In this document: one piece after another, positions 7,495 through 16,238 of the stretch
How positions within the stretch are numbered: the first letter of the stretch is position 1
How the letters are laid out: each line of letters opens with the position of its first letter
Origin: a virus
IMG/VR virus record: IMGVR_UViG_3300034069_000381
Span: 1 to 43,644 of that record
Length of the DNA stretch: 43,644 nt
Strand: one strand, 5' to 3'
The notes under the pieces: model-generated
What the model was told of the DNA's origin: nothing
The model's input: only the letters and a program-made list of their open reading frames with translations
Databases searched by the model: none
Program-made: the position numbers and the translations under genes

Positions 7495-7923
7495 TCACCC
7501 ATTCACCCCCGGCAACCGATCCAGCGCCTCCACCATAGCCGCGATCGGCGGCGGCAAGTTTGCTACCTCATTCCGCACCGCCGATATCCCGACCTGTCGC
7601 ATCTGCGCTATCAGGCCGTCTATTGTCCGCTGAAGCGTGGTAATTTGGTCGCGCATTTCATCCTGTTTTTTCAGGCATTCCTCATGGCGATCATCGGCAG
7701 ATGCGATCTGGCCTTCCAGGCGGCCGATCTGCGCTTCTAGCCGCGTAATCTCGCGATCGGTGCGCTCAGCCTCCTTGCTCTGACGGTTCGTCCACGCATC
7801 AAGGACAGAAGGCAACCCCTTCCACAGGGACCACGCCATCATCATTACGATGGTCCATATGCCGACACCGCCGAAAGTGGCCGTCGTTTTGATAAAGCCT
7901 ATCAGCTCGCTAATTTCGCCCAT
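7495..7923 (-). CDS. Type-II membrane protein with long coiled coil (142 aa), i-spanin-like architecture
   Basis: One N-terminal TM helix (FGGVGIWTIVMMMAWSLW) followed by heptad-like REITRLEAQIGRLEGQIA and DEMRDQITTLQRTIDGLIAQM. Assigned by architecture only. Confidence 0.6.
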   Translation of the reverse strand: MGEISELIGFIKTTATFGGVGIWTIVMMMAWSLWKGLPSVLDAWTNRQSKEAERTDREITRLEAQIGRLEGQIASADDRHEECLKKQDEMRDQITTLQRTIDGLIAQMRQVGISAVRNEVANLPPPIAAMVEALDRLPGVNG

Positions 7924-8375
7924 TACGTGCGCAATGCTGACATACGCGCACGAACACGATCGCGCAGACGAGAAAGCATATTAGACCTACTGGCGGCATC
8001 TCTCACCCCCGTTGAACCAACCGCCAGCAACTGCGCCGCGAACGTGATATTAAGCATATGCAGGTAGGCCACGATATAACCACTGTTAGTGATTTCGTTG
8101 ACCGCATGTAACCCAAGCTGGGCGAACCCAAGCCTTGTAAACCACCCCAGCCATCTCGCCGGAGCAGCGCGATACATCTGAAGTGCGAACAGGGTGATTG
8201 CCAGATCCATGACCGGTAACCACCCCATTGCATCGAATAGCCATGCTATGTTGGACGCGCCCCATGAGACGGTGCATAGCATGGCTATGAAGGTGGCCCG
8301 CTCGTCGTCGGACAGTAGTGACACGGCAAGCGCCGCATAGCATCCGATGCCGAAAGAGGCGGACCAAGCGTCCAT
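7923..8375 (-). CDS. Polytopic membrane protein (150 aa)
   Basis: Four or more hydrophobic segments and a basic C-terminus. One-nt overlaps with both neighbours. Confidence 0.62.
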   Translation of the reverse strand: MDAWSASFGIGCYAALAVSLLSDDERATFIAMLCTVSWGASNIAWLFDAMGWLPVMDLAITLFALQMYRAAPARWLGWFTRLGFAQLGLHAVNEITNSGYIVAYLHMLNITFAAQLLAVGSTGVRDAASRSNMLSRLRDRVRARMSALRT

Positions 8376-8467
8376 CAGTCGTCGCTCGGCTTCTTCGGCG
8401 GACGTGGCGGGACACCGCCACTCTGCGGAGCAGGGCGGATGGGCTTGGGTTTCTTGTCAGGCTTCAT
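8375..8467 (-). CDS. Pro/Lys-rich micro-ORF (30 aa)
   Basis: ATG 8467 is preceded by GGAGGA. Translates to MKPDKKPKPIRPAPQSGGVPPRPPKKPSDD. Its stop overlaps the next ATG. Not in the ORF track because it is under 60 aa. Confidence 0.35.
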   Translation of the reverse strand: MKPDKKPKPIRPAPQSGGVPPRPPKKPSDD

Positions 8468-8591
8468 CGTGGTTCCTCCGTTGACGGCTTATCCATAGCG
8501 CGAACAACGGATCGCGCAAATGCTCCTGCCACTGGCATTCGGATATTTGGCCGGATCGGTAGCAGGCCAGGATATCGCGGTAATCGTCCAT
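8457..8591 (-). CDS. Small hypothetical protein (44 aa)
   Basis: ATG 8591 lies 1 nt after the tail-fibre stop. Hand translation: MDDYRDILACYRSGQISECQWQEHLRDPLFALWISRQRRNHDEA. Confidence 0.4.
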   Translation of the reverse strand: MDDYRDILACYRSGQISECQWQEHLRDPLFALWISRQRRNHDEA

Positions 8592-8592
8592 G

Positions 8593-10236
8593 TTATATCC
8601 CTAGCCCGAACGCGATGAGAGCGGCGCGCAGCTTATTAAGCGCAAAAGCCATACTGGCGTTTGACGCCGTGCCGTCTTCAGGAAGAACGCCAGCAAGGCT
8701 ATAGCGACCTGAAGGAACCGCGCCGTTGCAGCCGAAGTTACCGGCAAGATATTGATCCCCGGTAACGGTGATGTAGAACATGTTCTGGCTGTTGGCGGCA
8801 TTCACCCCCCGGATAAACTCGCTTGTGGGCGAGGTGTCGGTCTTGCGTTGCAAAAACACCATCGGTGAACCGTTAGCGGCTTGCTTGATCGTCATAGGCA
8901 CATTGCCCATTGCGATAGGATCATCGCCCTTGGCTCCTAGGACAACGCCGCGTCCGGATGGCGTCAGCCGGATAACAGCGGCATCGCGACTGTCCGTCAC
9001 ATAAAGGCCGGTTCTCCATAGAACGCTCTGGAAGGATATGATCTCCACGCCAACATTGCTATCGTATTGGCCTCCACACACCATGGAAATACCCTTGGTA
9101 TTGGCAAGGGGGCTGTCATTGTTAACATCCCCCTCCATACAATGATATGTGCCTTGAGCCTGGGGCTGGGCATAGACCAGCGGATTGAACGCCCACACGT
9201 TGCCGGCCGGGTTAGGATTGCCACCGATCGCACCGGCATAGAATGCGACAGACTGACCAGCCCCGTAATCGGCCGGCTGAACCATTTCGACGTTGAGCGC
9301 CCCAATGCCGCCGTTGCTGTCGAGAGATTTCTGGCTGGAGCGGGAATAGATATAGGGGCCAACCGCAAGCTGCGCAGGGTTCGTGACCATGTACGGCCAT
9401 TTGCCGAGGCCCGTCCCAGTGCCGCTAAACGCTGCGCCAGGTTCAATGTCCCAATGAACGGATTTTGGGCTTTGATCGACCTGATTGTTAAGAACATACG
9501 CCCGGTTCGGGACGCGGATTGTGCCGCCGGATGCGGGCAACGCCGCCAACGCCTCGGCGAACGCATTATCGTCCGATGTTTCGCCAGACACGCGGGCGCG
9601 GATCGTGTTGACAAGATTGAGATTGCCCGAGTGCCACACCGTATTGCCATTAAATGATAAAGTTGTAGATGAGACTACAAGCCTTTGCGTTCCTCCAATG
9701 GAAACGGAAAACATGTTATTCAATCTGTCATAATTGATGCTGTCAAAGTCATCAAAATTCAGAAATGGGGTATTACCTTGGAATATATCCAAATAATATC
9801 TTTGGTCACGGCCAAACGCACCTGAGAAAGTATCTCCCGCCTTATTGGCAGGCGTAAACCCAAGGTTAGGCTGCTTTCCCGCAAGGGCCGTCGCTGTAGC
9901 TGTAGATATGGGTTTGTTGGCGTCGGACGTGTTGTCCGCCGAGCCTAACCCAACGTCTGCTTTGACAAGGGAAACGTCACCGCTCTTGCCCGCAACTGAT
10001 TTGACCGGCGCAAGCGCCGCGACGGCCTGCGCTGCACGCAACGGGGTCATACGCTTCACGTTGTCGGTGCCGGCTTCAGCATCGGCTTGAGAGGAAAGAG
10101 GCGCGGCAGCATCGAGCAACTGCACAGGAGTAGCCCGTTGTACCTGCCCGCCGCCGTCAACAATCGTAGCGGCTGTCGGATTGACAACCCCGTCATTAAC
10201 GGGCGGTAGATCGCGTGGGCGGATAGGATCTGCCAT
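8593..10236 (-). CDS. Tail fibre / tailspike protein (547 aa)
   Basis: The N-terminal part contains VGLGSADNTSDANKPISTATATALAGKQ, a motif common in phage tail fibres. The C-terminal half is Gly/Asn/Val-rich (beta-helix-like). Contains a roughly 34% GC island at 9651-9810. Confidence 0.8.
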   Translation of the reverse strand: MADPIRPRDLPPVNDGVVNPTAATIVDGGGQVQRATPVQLLDAAAPLSSQADAEAGTDNVKRMTPLRAAQAVAALAPVKSVAGKSGDVSLVKADVGLGSADNTSDANKPISTATATALAGKQPNLGFTPANKAGDTFSGAFGRDQRYYLDIFQGNTPFLNFDDFDSINYDRLNNMFSVSIGGTQRLVVSSTTLSFNGNTVWHSGNLNLVNTIRARVSGETSDDNAFAEALAALPASGGTIRVPNRAYVLNNQVDQSPKSVHWDIEPGAAFSGTGTGLGKWPYMVTNPAQLAVGPYIYSRSSQKSLDSNGGIGALNVEMVQPADYGAGQSVAFYAGAIGGNPNPAGNVWAFNPLVYAQPQAQGTYHCMEGDVNNDSPLANTKGISMVCGGQYDSNVGVEIISFQSVLWRTGLYVTDSRDAAVIRLTPSGRGVVLGAKGDDPIAMGNVPMTIKQAANGSPMVFLQRKTDTSPTSEFIRGVNAANSQNMFYITVTGDQYLAGNFGCNGAVPSGRYSLAGVLPEDGTASNASMAFALNKLRAALIAFGLGI

Positions 10237-11027
10237 CAGGAAGCCTTCACCTTGATAATCTTGTTCAGGATCAACGTCGGCTGGACGTTATTATGCGCCG
10301 CATTGCCACCCGCGTTTTGCGTGAAGTTGGTATTAGCCGTGCCCACGTCAGATGCACCAGCTTGGCCGCCCGCGTTGTTCCTAGCGCCACTAAAGCCAAG
10401 CATATCGTGGTTATGCGTCGGCATCTCGTTGACGGTCAGCATGTGACTTTCCTCGCCACCCGCACTGCCAAGGGCGCTCGATATGGACATGAGCCGACTG
10501 GCAGCGGTGCCGCCCATGTCGTCCTTACCCGCCACCACGCGGCCTCGGGCATCGGGCAAATTAAATGTGGTAGAGCCATCACCCCCACCAAACGTCACGC
10601 CAATCACAGCAAACAGCGCTGCATAATCCGTGCGGGATACGGCCTGTCCGTAGCACAAGGCGTAGTTTGTTGGCGCAACGCCACCGGCATATTCAACGAT
10701 CGTGCCAACGGGAGCTTGCCCAGCCGCAGCCGCTGCAATCGCTGCGGTGAAATCGGCAAGCTGGGACATGACTACAAAATCATTGTCGGCCGACCCAGCT
10801 GCGCCATTGCGGACACGGTTGCCGCCCATGTCCATCGGCGCACGCATCCCGCCAGATCCATCCCGGCTAAGCGAGTTGGATAGCGCCTGAGCAATATCCT
10901 GCAAAGGCGGATTGTGCTGGCTTGGCAGGACCGTATCGCCAGTGTTCACTATGGAGCCTATCGGGAGGCTATATGCCCCGTCAGATGCCCTCGGAATGTT
11001 CTTTACTCCGTCAGCATCACATGGCAT
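10236..11027 (-). CDS. Tail fibre protein with phage tail-collar domain (263 aa)
   Basis: PVGTIVEYAGGVAPTNYALCYGQAVSRTDYAALFAVIGVTFGGGDGSTTFNLPDARGR is the tail-collar signature. Confidence 0.85.
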   Translation of the reverse strand: MPCDADGVKNIPRASDGAYSLPIGSIVNTGDTVLPSQHNPPLQDIAQALSNSLSRDGSGGMRAPMDMGGNRVRNGAAGSADNDFVVMSQLADFTAAIAAAAAGQAPVGTIVEYAGGVAPTNYALCYGQAVSRTDYAALFAVIGVTFGGGDGSTTFNLPDARGRVVAGKDDMGGTAASRLMSISSALGSAGGEESHMLTVNEMPTHNHDMLGFSGARNNAGGQAGASDVGTANTNFTQNAGGNAAHNNVQPTLILNKIIKVKAS

Positions 11028-11059
11028 TTGGTGCCTAGTGATGACAGGGGTTCAAAAAT

Positions 11060-11653
11060 ATGCCGTTCAAAAATCCGCATCCTCTTTACTCTGTTTGGCA
11101 AGGAATGAAACGCAGATGCGACAACCCTAATTTCAAACAATGGGCGGATTACGGAGGGCGAGGCATACGCGTTTGTGATCGATGGCTTCATTCTTTTGAG
11201 GCCTTCGTATCTGATATGGGTGATCGTCCGGCCGGTTACACCATTGATCGCATTGATAATAATCTGGGCTATTCGCCAGAAAATTGTCGATGGCAAAGCC
11301 GCAAAAATCAGCAATCTAATAGAAGATGCACTAAAGTTATTATCGTGAATGGCGAACGTGTCGCTATTGCCGATTTGGCTGAAGCGCACGGCCTCAAAGC
11401 GGATACCATTACGTCGCGTCTTGCCAAAGGTATGACCTTGGGCGAGGCCTGCGCCAAAGTCCGATACTGGCCCCATGGCGCTCCGGTTCAAGCCATAGCG
11501 CGCAGCAGAGAAATTAAATTGGCACAAACCCATTGTTCTCACGGACACGAATGGACGACGGAAAACACTAGAATAACACCGCAAGGCTGGCGAAATTGCC
11601 GTGCGTGTCATCGCGACAAAATGCGTAAACGCACTGCGGCTAAGAAAACTTAG
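11060..11653 (+). CDS. Free-standing HNH/AP2-like homing-endonuclease family protein (197 aa)
   Basis: YSVWQGMKRRCDNP...YGGRGIRVCDRW...DRIDNNLGYSPENCRWQSRKNQ core, an HTH-like middle and a C-terminal HCSHGHE-x4-EN-x8-CRACH ribbon. It is opposite in strand to the surrounding operon, and GC is about 35-50% on two sampled lines. Confidence 0.75.
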   Translation: MPFKNPHPLYSVWQGMKRRCDNPNFKQWADYGGRGIRVCDRWLHSFEAFVSDMGDRPAGYTIDRIDNNLGYSPENCRWQSRKNQQSNRRCTKVIIVNGERVAIADLAEAHGLKADTITSRLAKGMTLGEACAKVRYWPHGAPVQAIARSREIKLAQTHCSHGHEWTTENTRITPQGWRNCRACHRDKMRKRTAAKKT

Positions 11654-11737
11654 CATAATTAGCTTCCTTGCGCTCCTTGCGAATATCCCACCATGTCAGG
11701 ATGGCACCCTTGATAAGGCATGAGAGAAAAATAGCGG

Positions 11738-14341
11738 TCACTGTGCGCCTTCCACAGCCGCAGGAGCGGCAAGCAAGCCGGCAATGCGCGAGCGATTGAT
11801 GAGCATGTCTCCCACGCGGACCAGCGCATCTGGCCGTTCCGTCAGCAGAGTCTTTTGCAAGACGGCGCGACCACCTGCCGAATAAGGTGCGGACACCAGT
11901 GCCGCAGCAATGGCGCCCGTACCCAAGCCAACCCCGGCACGTCCGGTCGCATCGCCATCACTGGCGGCTGCTCCACCGCCCCCGGCAAGGGCCGCCGCAA
12001 CGGCGGGAATAACTGCCCTGCCGGCAGTGCCGCTATCCGGGATGAGCGACGGCAAAACCTGCTGCCCAGCCTGTTGCAATTCATTGAACGGCATGTCCCC
12101 ACGCGCCGCAGCACGCTTGCCGCCGAAACGCTTCGTATTCGCACGCGATGCTTGTCCAAGCTGCGCCGGGGTAAAAGTGCCGGGGCTGCGTGGATTGTTG
12201 AGCGCCGCAAGCACGGCGTCCTCAATCACGGAGGAATTGCGATACGCCTCGTTTGCGGCATTATAGTCCGGCATCACATCAGGCGCTTGCCGTTCGAACA
12301 TGCCGGTGACGGCATCCTCAACCCCGCTCACTCCCTGCCCGACGCGGTTGCCGAGAGGGTCCATCTGATATGCGCGACGAACCCCACCCAGCTCCTGCAT
12401 CAGGGGCTGCATGTTCTCACCCGACAAGGCGCCCGAGACAGGATCGAAATAAGACGCCGCACCCGTAGGCGGAGCAGGGTCAAGGATCGTCCCCACCGTG
12501 TCCGTCACTTCGTTACCGACACGCGGGATGCGGCGAATGTTTGCAACCGCAGCGGCGAGGTCGTCGCCAAACGCCTGATCCGGCATAACCTGCGAACCAC
12601 CCAACGCCTTCCGGTATGCCGCGCCAGTCGCGTCCTGCGAGGCATTGATGCCCGCCTGCCCTATCTGACCGCCGGTATTGGCCTTGATAGGGCCTAGCGA
12701 TTCATCGAAGGCAGCGCGATTGAAGCCTTCCAACCCCTCCATACGGCGCGGGTTGATAACATCGCCCATCAGCGGCAGACCGGAAAGGCGATCTTCCGTG
12801 GTCTTCGCGGCACCGCCCAGAATCTGTCCCAGCGTCTGCGGCACCCCGCGCTCGTTAAGAAGCCGCTGGGCGTCGTCACGGACGCCCGCTGTCAGACGAC
12901 CAGCCGTGCGCGCAACGCCGCGCCCCGCCATGCCGCCACCGAGGCCAGCACCCGCACCGAGCAGCGCTTGCGCCACGCGGCTATCGCCGGGCTCGTCAGC
13001 GGAACCAGCCCCGTACAAGCCGCCAAGCAAGGCGTCGCCGGCACGCATTTGCGCGGCTCCGGCCATTCCTGCCCGTCCAAGACCTGCCTCAATCCCCAGC
13101 CCGGAGCCGACACCGCCCGCCACCTGGCCCATAAGATATGCATTAGGGTTGAGAGCTTGCACGCCACTCATCACGGCCCGCGCTTTACCGGAGTCGCCTG
13201 TGAGATTGTCGAGCCCGCCCATCGTCAGCATATCGGCGGCACCGATTACACCAGCACCAAGCGGCGACATGCCCGTTTCGCCCATCGTGCGGGAGAACCC
13301 CGAAGACGGTTGCCACTGGCGCTCGACATCAACACCAACGGATTTTCCAGGGTTCTGGCGCGCCCACGCGATCGCCTCGGGAAGCTGCTGAACAGACTTG
13401 CCCAAGCCCGGCTGTACCGTATCGAGATAGGCGCGGATCTCTGCTTCGGGGCGGCCGCCGGCAATCATGGCGGCAACCCGCGCATTGGCGCCTTTGACGC
13501 CCGGCACGTCTTTATAATCGCCCTCCGCGCTTAGCCCCATCTGAGGCCGCGACGGTCCATCGCTAGGTGGCGCGTTGCTGCGATCCATCTGTTCAGCGGA
13601 AGCGATGCCGTAGCGCTGTGCGATAGCCGGGTCATCAGGGTTTTGGCCGTCTGCCAAAGCCATCGAGCGACGATAATGCAGCTCGGCCGCAGCTAGGCTG
13701 GCGCGCAGCTTTTCCGGGCTCTGATCCTGCCCGATAGCGGCAATGCTATCGCGCAGCATCGCACCTTCACGCTCTGAAAGCGCACCAAGGCCACTGGCCC
13801 CGGTGGGCGATGCCGCTTTTAGTTCGGATAGCTTGGCAAGCATGGAAGCCGAACCGACCGTATTGAGCGAACCCGCCAAGTCGGCGGCGTCCGTGCCCCA
13901 TAGGTTCTTGAGCATCTGCCCCGGCAAGCCAGTAGACCAGCCGCTTACCTCCCCATTGGCTTTGGAAATGGCCGACAGCAATTCGTCATTGCCGAGCGTC
14001 TTGAGCGCCTTCGCCACGCGAGGATCTGGCACGTTGCCAGCTTCGTTACGGGCCTTCTGAAGGTTGAGCGCCGCCGCTTCAGCGTCCGTCTGGGCCTTGG
14101 AGGCATTGGCCGCAGCGGTTGGAGCGGCGTAGGGCAACTGCGCCATATCCGTCTGGGTGCGAACCTGCGCGCCCTGCAAATCAGCAGCCGCCTTGGGCGC
14201 AGCATATTGCGCGGAAGGATCAGGCGTGCCGAACGTCATAGGGCGCGGCGCGGCCTGTGCGGGAGCGTCTTCGTAACCGACTACGCGCCAGCCGTTTTCT
14301 GCGCGTTCGTAAATGACGCCATCTTTGCTACGGCGCTCCAT
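11738..14341 (-). CDS. Large Gly/Ala-rich internal virion (ejection/core-like) protein (867 aa)
   Basis: Assigned from size, composition and position after the tail-tube genes and next to a virion peptidase. No catalytic motif recognised. Confidence 0.55.
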   Translation of the reverse strand: MERRSKDGVIYERAENGWRVVGYEDAPAQAAPRPMTFGTPDPSAQYAAPKAAADLQGAQVRTQTDMAQLPYAAPTAAANASKAQTDAEAAALNLQKARNEAGNVPDPRVAKALKTLGNDELLSAISKANGEVSGWSTGLPGQMLKNLWGTDAADLAGSLNTVGSASMLAKLSELKAASPTGASGLGALSEREGAMLRDSIAAIGQDQSPEKLRASLAAAELHYRRSMALADGQNPDDPAIAQRYGIASAEQMDRSNAPPSDGPSRPQMGLSAEGDYKDVPGVKGANARVAAMIAGGRPEAEIRAYLDTVQPGLGKSVQQLPEAIAWARQNPGKSVGVDVERQWQPSSGFSRTMGETGMSPLGAGVIGAADMLTMGGLDNLTGDSGKARAVMSGVQALNPNAYLMGQVAGGVGSGLGIEAGLGRAGMAGAAQMRAGDALLGGLYGAGSADEPGDSRVAQALLGAGAGLGGGMAGRGVARTAGRLTAGVRDDAQRLLNERGVPQTLGQILGGAAKTTEDRLSGLPLMGDVINPRRMEGLEGFNRAAFDESLGPIKANTGGQIGQAGINASQDATGAAYRKALGGSQVMPDQAFGDDLAAAVANIRRIPRVGNEVTDTVGTILDPAPPTGAASYFDPVSGALSGENMQPLMQELGGVRRAYQMDPLGNRVGQGVSGVEDAVTGMFERQAPDVMPDYNAANEAYRNSSVIEDAVLAALNNPRSPGTFTPAQLGQASRANTKRFGGKRAAARGDMPFNELQQAGQQVLPSLIPDSGTAGRAVIPAVAAALAGGGGAAASDGDATGRAGVGLGTGAIAAALVSAPYSAGGRAVLQKTLLTERPDALVRVGDMLINRSRIAGLLAAPAAVEGAQ

Positions 14342-14634
14342 TACATGTTCCCCCTGCGGCCCACGGCGGGCATCCGACCGAAACCGGGCAATGTCACATG
14401 CACATGATCGCCCTCGTTCAAATATCGGGCCTTATTGCCAAAATACGCACGCAACGCCGCCTCTGACGTACCAGCATAATCGGCAGCATCACCCGTCAGA
14501 TGGTGCGAGTTCGGTACACCGCCCACAGCCCGGTTGCCCGCTATCGTCCGCCGCCCACTGGTCATCGTGCCGGGTGCCCGCATCGGATCAGCGAAAGGTG
14601 CCAGACGCGGGTGGCGTCTGACCTCCATCTCCAA
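14341..14634 (-). CDS. Peptidase M15-type (D-Ala-D-Ala carboxypeptidase-like) cell-wall hydrolase (up to 97 aa)
   Basis: [11 protein letters not shown] and GDHVHV give the H-x6-D ... H zinc-ligand pattern of M15 peptidases. The start is uncertain (14634, or ATG 14583 just after the upstream stop). Confidence 0.68.
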   Translation of the reverse strand: MEMEVRRHPRLAPFADPMRAPGTMTSGRRTIAGNRAVGGVPNSHHLTGDAADYAGTSEAALRAYFGNKARYLNEGDHVHVTLPGFGRMPAVGRRGNM

Positions 14635-15241
14635 AAGGATCGGCTACGACTGCACCTATTGGGGGGCGCTGCTGCGATATAGGGGGCGTAGACGATGGCC
14701 CATCGCCTTGCTGCATCGGAACAAGCGTTTTGGTGCCATCCGGATTTGTGGTGGTAATCCACTCAATCTTCGGCGTGGGATCTTCGTAAACAACCTGCGG
14801 CTTGCCATCCGGCCCAACCACGGCGAGAGAGCCGTTGTTGGTTTCCCAATAATGCGGGGCAGCGGCGGGCTTGTTCAGCGCGGACAACTGCGTTCCCGCG
14901 AACTTGCGTGCGGTTTCGTCTAAGTATGGGTTCAGCGCGGCACTGGTGAGCGCTGCGGGATCGGGCTTGTCGCCGCCAGCAAGTAGCGCTTGCAAAACGG
15001 ATGAACTCTCCGCACGGTTGGCATCCTGCGCCTTGCCAGCCTGCCGGTTCTGCAATGCGCCCAGCACGTTCTGCGAGACGCGCGCCAGACCCTGCCACGG
15101 CGATGCGATCGGGCTGTAATCCACCTGCATGAGGCTGGCGGCGATCTGCTGCTGTTGCGCGATCTGTTCGGGCGTCATGCGTCGCCCCCCGCTACCCCAC
15201 TGGAACGGCTCGTCGGGCGTCTGAGTGGGCATCAGGCTCAT
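14588..15241 (-). CDS. Virion protein, unknown function (217 aa)
   Basis: Long ORF coupled by an ATGA overlap to the upstream gene. Pro/Gln-rich ends. Confidence 0.55.
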   Translation of the reverse strand: MSLMPTQTPDEPFQWGSGGRRMTPEQIAQQQQIAASLMQVDYSPIASPWQGLARVSQNVLGALQNRQAGKAQDANRAESSSVLQALLAGGDKPDPAALTSAALNPYLDETARKFAGTQLSALNKPAAAPHYWETNNGSLAVVGPDGKPQVVYEDPTPKIEWITTTNPDGTKTLVPMQQGDGPSSTPPISQQRPPIGAVVADPFGDGGQTPPASGTFR

Positions 15242-16218
15242 GCGGTCGCCTGCCCGTAATCGACATGCAGTACCCCGCCCACATCCACCACGGCGGCCGG
15301 GTTAACCTCCTGCACATCCTGCGCCATGAGGCCGATCTGAACCGGACCGCCCGACTTGTAACGGAAGCTATAGACAGGCAATCCGTTATCCAGCTTGCCT
15401 ATGACGCGAATATCATCCTTCACGCGGCGGTCGGATGCGGTAATGGCCGCAGAGCCAAGCGAACCAGCCAGGCCGAACAGCCCACCCAAGGCTCCCTGCG
15501 AACCGGCCAGCTTGGATTGGTACTGCTGGTTGACCAGCCCGGTATAATCCACGCCGCCCACGCTCGTCTGCGGCGTGGCGGAAGATGCTGTACCGGGGTT
15601 GGTGATCTGCGAGGAAGACAGCAAGGCGGAAAGCTCGTTGATCGGCTGATTACGAGCCGTCAGGGCCTCATTGAACGCCTGCCCGCGCCCGGTGAGCGCA
15701 AGCTGGTTCAGCTGGTCCGTATTGGCATTGGTAAGCCGCTGCATCTCCGAGTTCCACGCCTGCGTGCCGGGGCGGAGGCCGGAATTGATAAGCTGCGCCT
15801 CGGTCGCGGCTTGTGCCTTCTGCTGCTGCGGCAGGATGCGCGATGACGCCAGATCGTAGGACCAGTCGGCCGCATCCTGATTATCGAATGTGAACGGCTT
15901 GTTGAGATAGTCGCGCATCGCGGCGGACTGGTCTTCGGCCAATCCGGCAAGGTTAGTTTGCGCGGCCTGCGTCTTGTCGAAAATGCCTTGCTGTGTCGGG
16001 GATAGCGTAGTGGTCTGCGTGAACTGCGGAACCGTCGTTACCTTCCCCGAACTATCGGTAAAGGTGTTGTTGCCGGTCTGATTATACATGACCGAACCGT
16101 AGGGGTTGACCTGATTGGTTTGGTTCAAAAGCTGCTGCGTGGTGGCAGTGCTCTGATTGAGCCCGGCCTGTGCATTCGCGGTCGCTACGGGATCTGGGGC
16201 AGAAGGTTTCGATACCAC
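15238..16218 (-). CDS. Q/N/T-rich fibre-like protein with C-terminal S74 intramolecular-chaperone domain (326 aa)
   Basis: ASDRRVKDDIRVIGKLDNGLPVYSFRYK...GLMAQDVQEVNPAAV is the Peptidase_S74 autoproteolytic chaperone signature, with the predicted cleavage Ser at residue 262. Confidence 0.75.
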   Translation of the reverse strand: MVSKPSAPDPVATANAQAGLNQSTATTQQLLNQTNQVNPYGSVMYNQTGNNTFTDSSGKVTTVPQFTQTTTLSPTQQGIFDKTQAAQTNLAGLAEDQSAAMRDYLNKPFTFDNQDAADWSYDLASSRILPQQQKAQAATEAQLINSGLRPGTQAWNSEMQRLTNANTDQLNQLALTGRGQAFNEALTARNQPINELSALLSSSQITNPGTASSATPQTSVGGVDYTGLVNQQYQSKLAGSQGALGGLFGLAGSLGSAAITASDRRVKDDIRVIGKLDNGLPVYSFRYKSGGPVQIGLMAQDVQEVNPAAVVDVGGVLHVDYGQATA

Positions 16219-16238
16219 GCGCGCAATCCTTGATCGGA

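Noticed and set aside
11640-11741. 33-aa GTG-initiated ORF overlapping the stop of the 867-aa gene and the 3' end of the HNH gene
   Set aside because: It has an attractive GTGA overlap and one hydrophobic stretch, but its GC3 is low and nothing else supports it. Too speculative to list as a feature.
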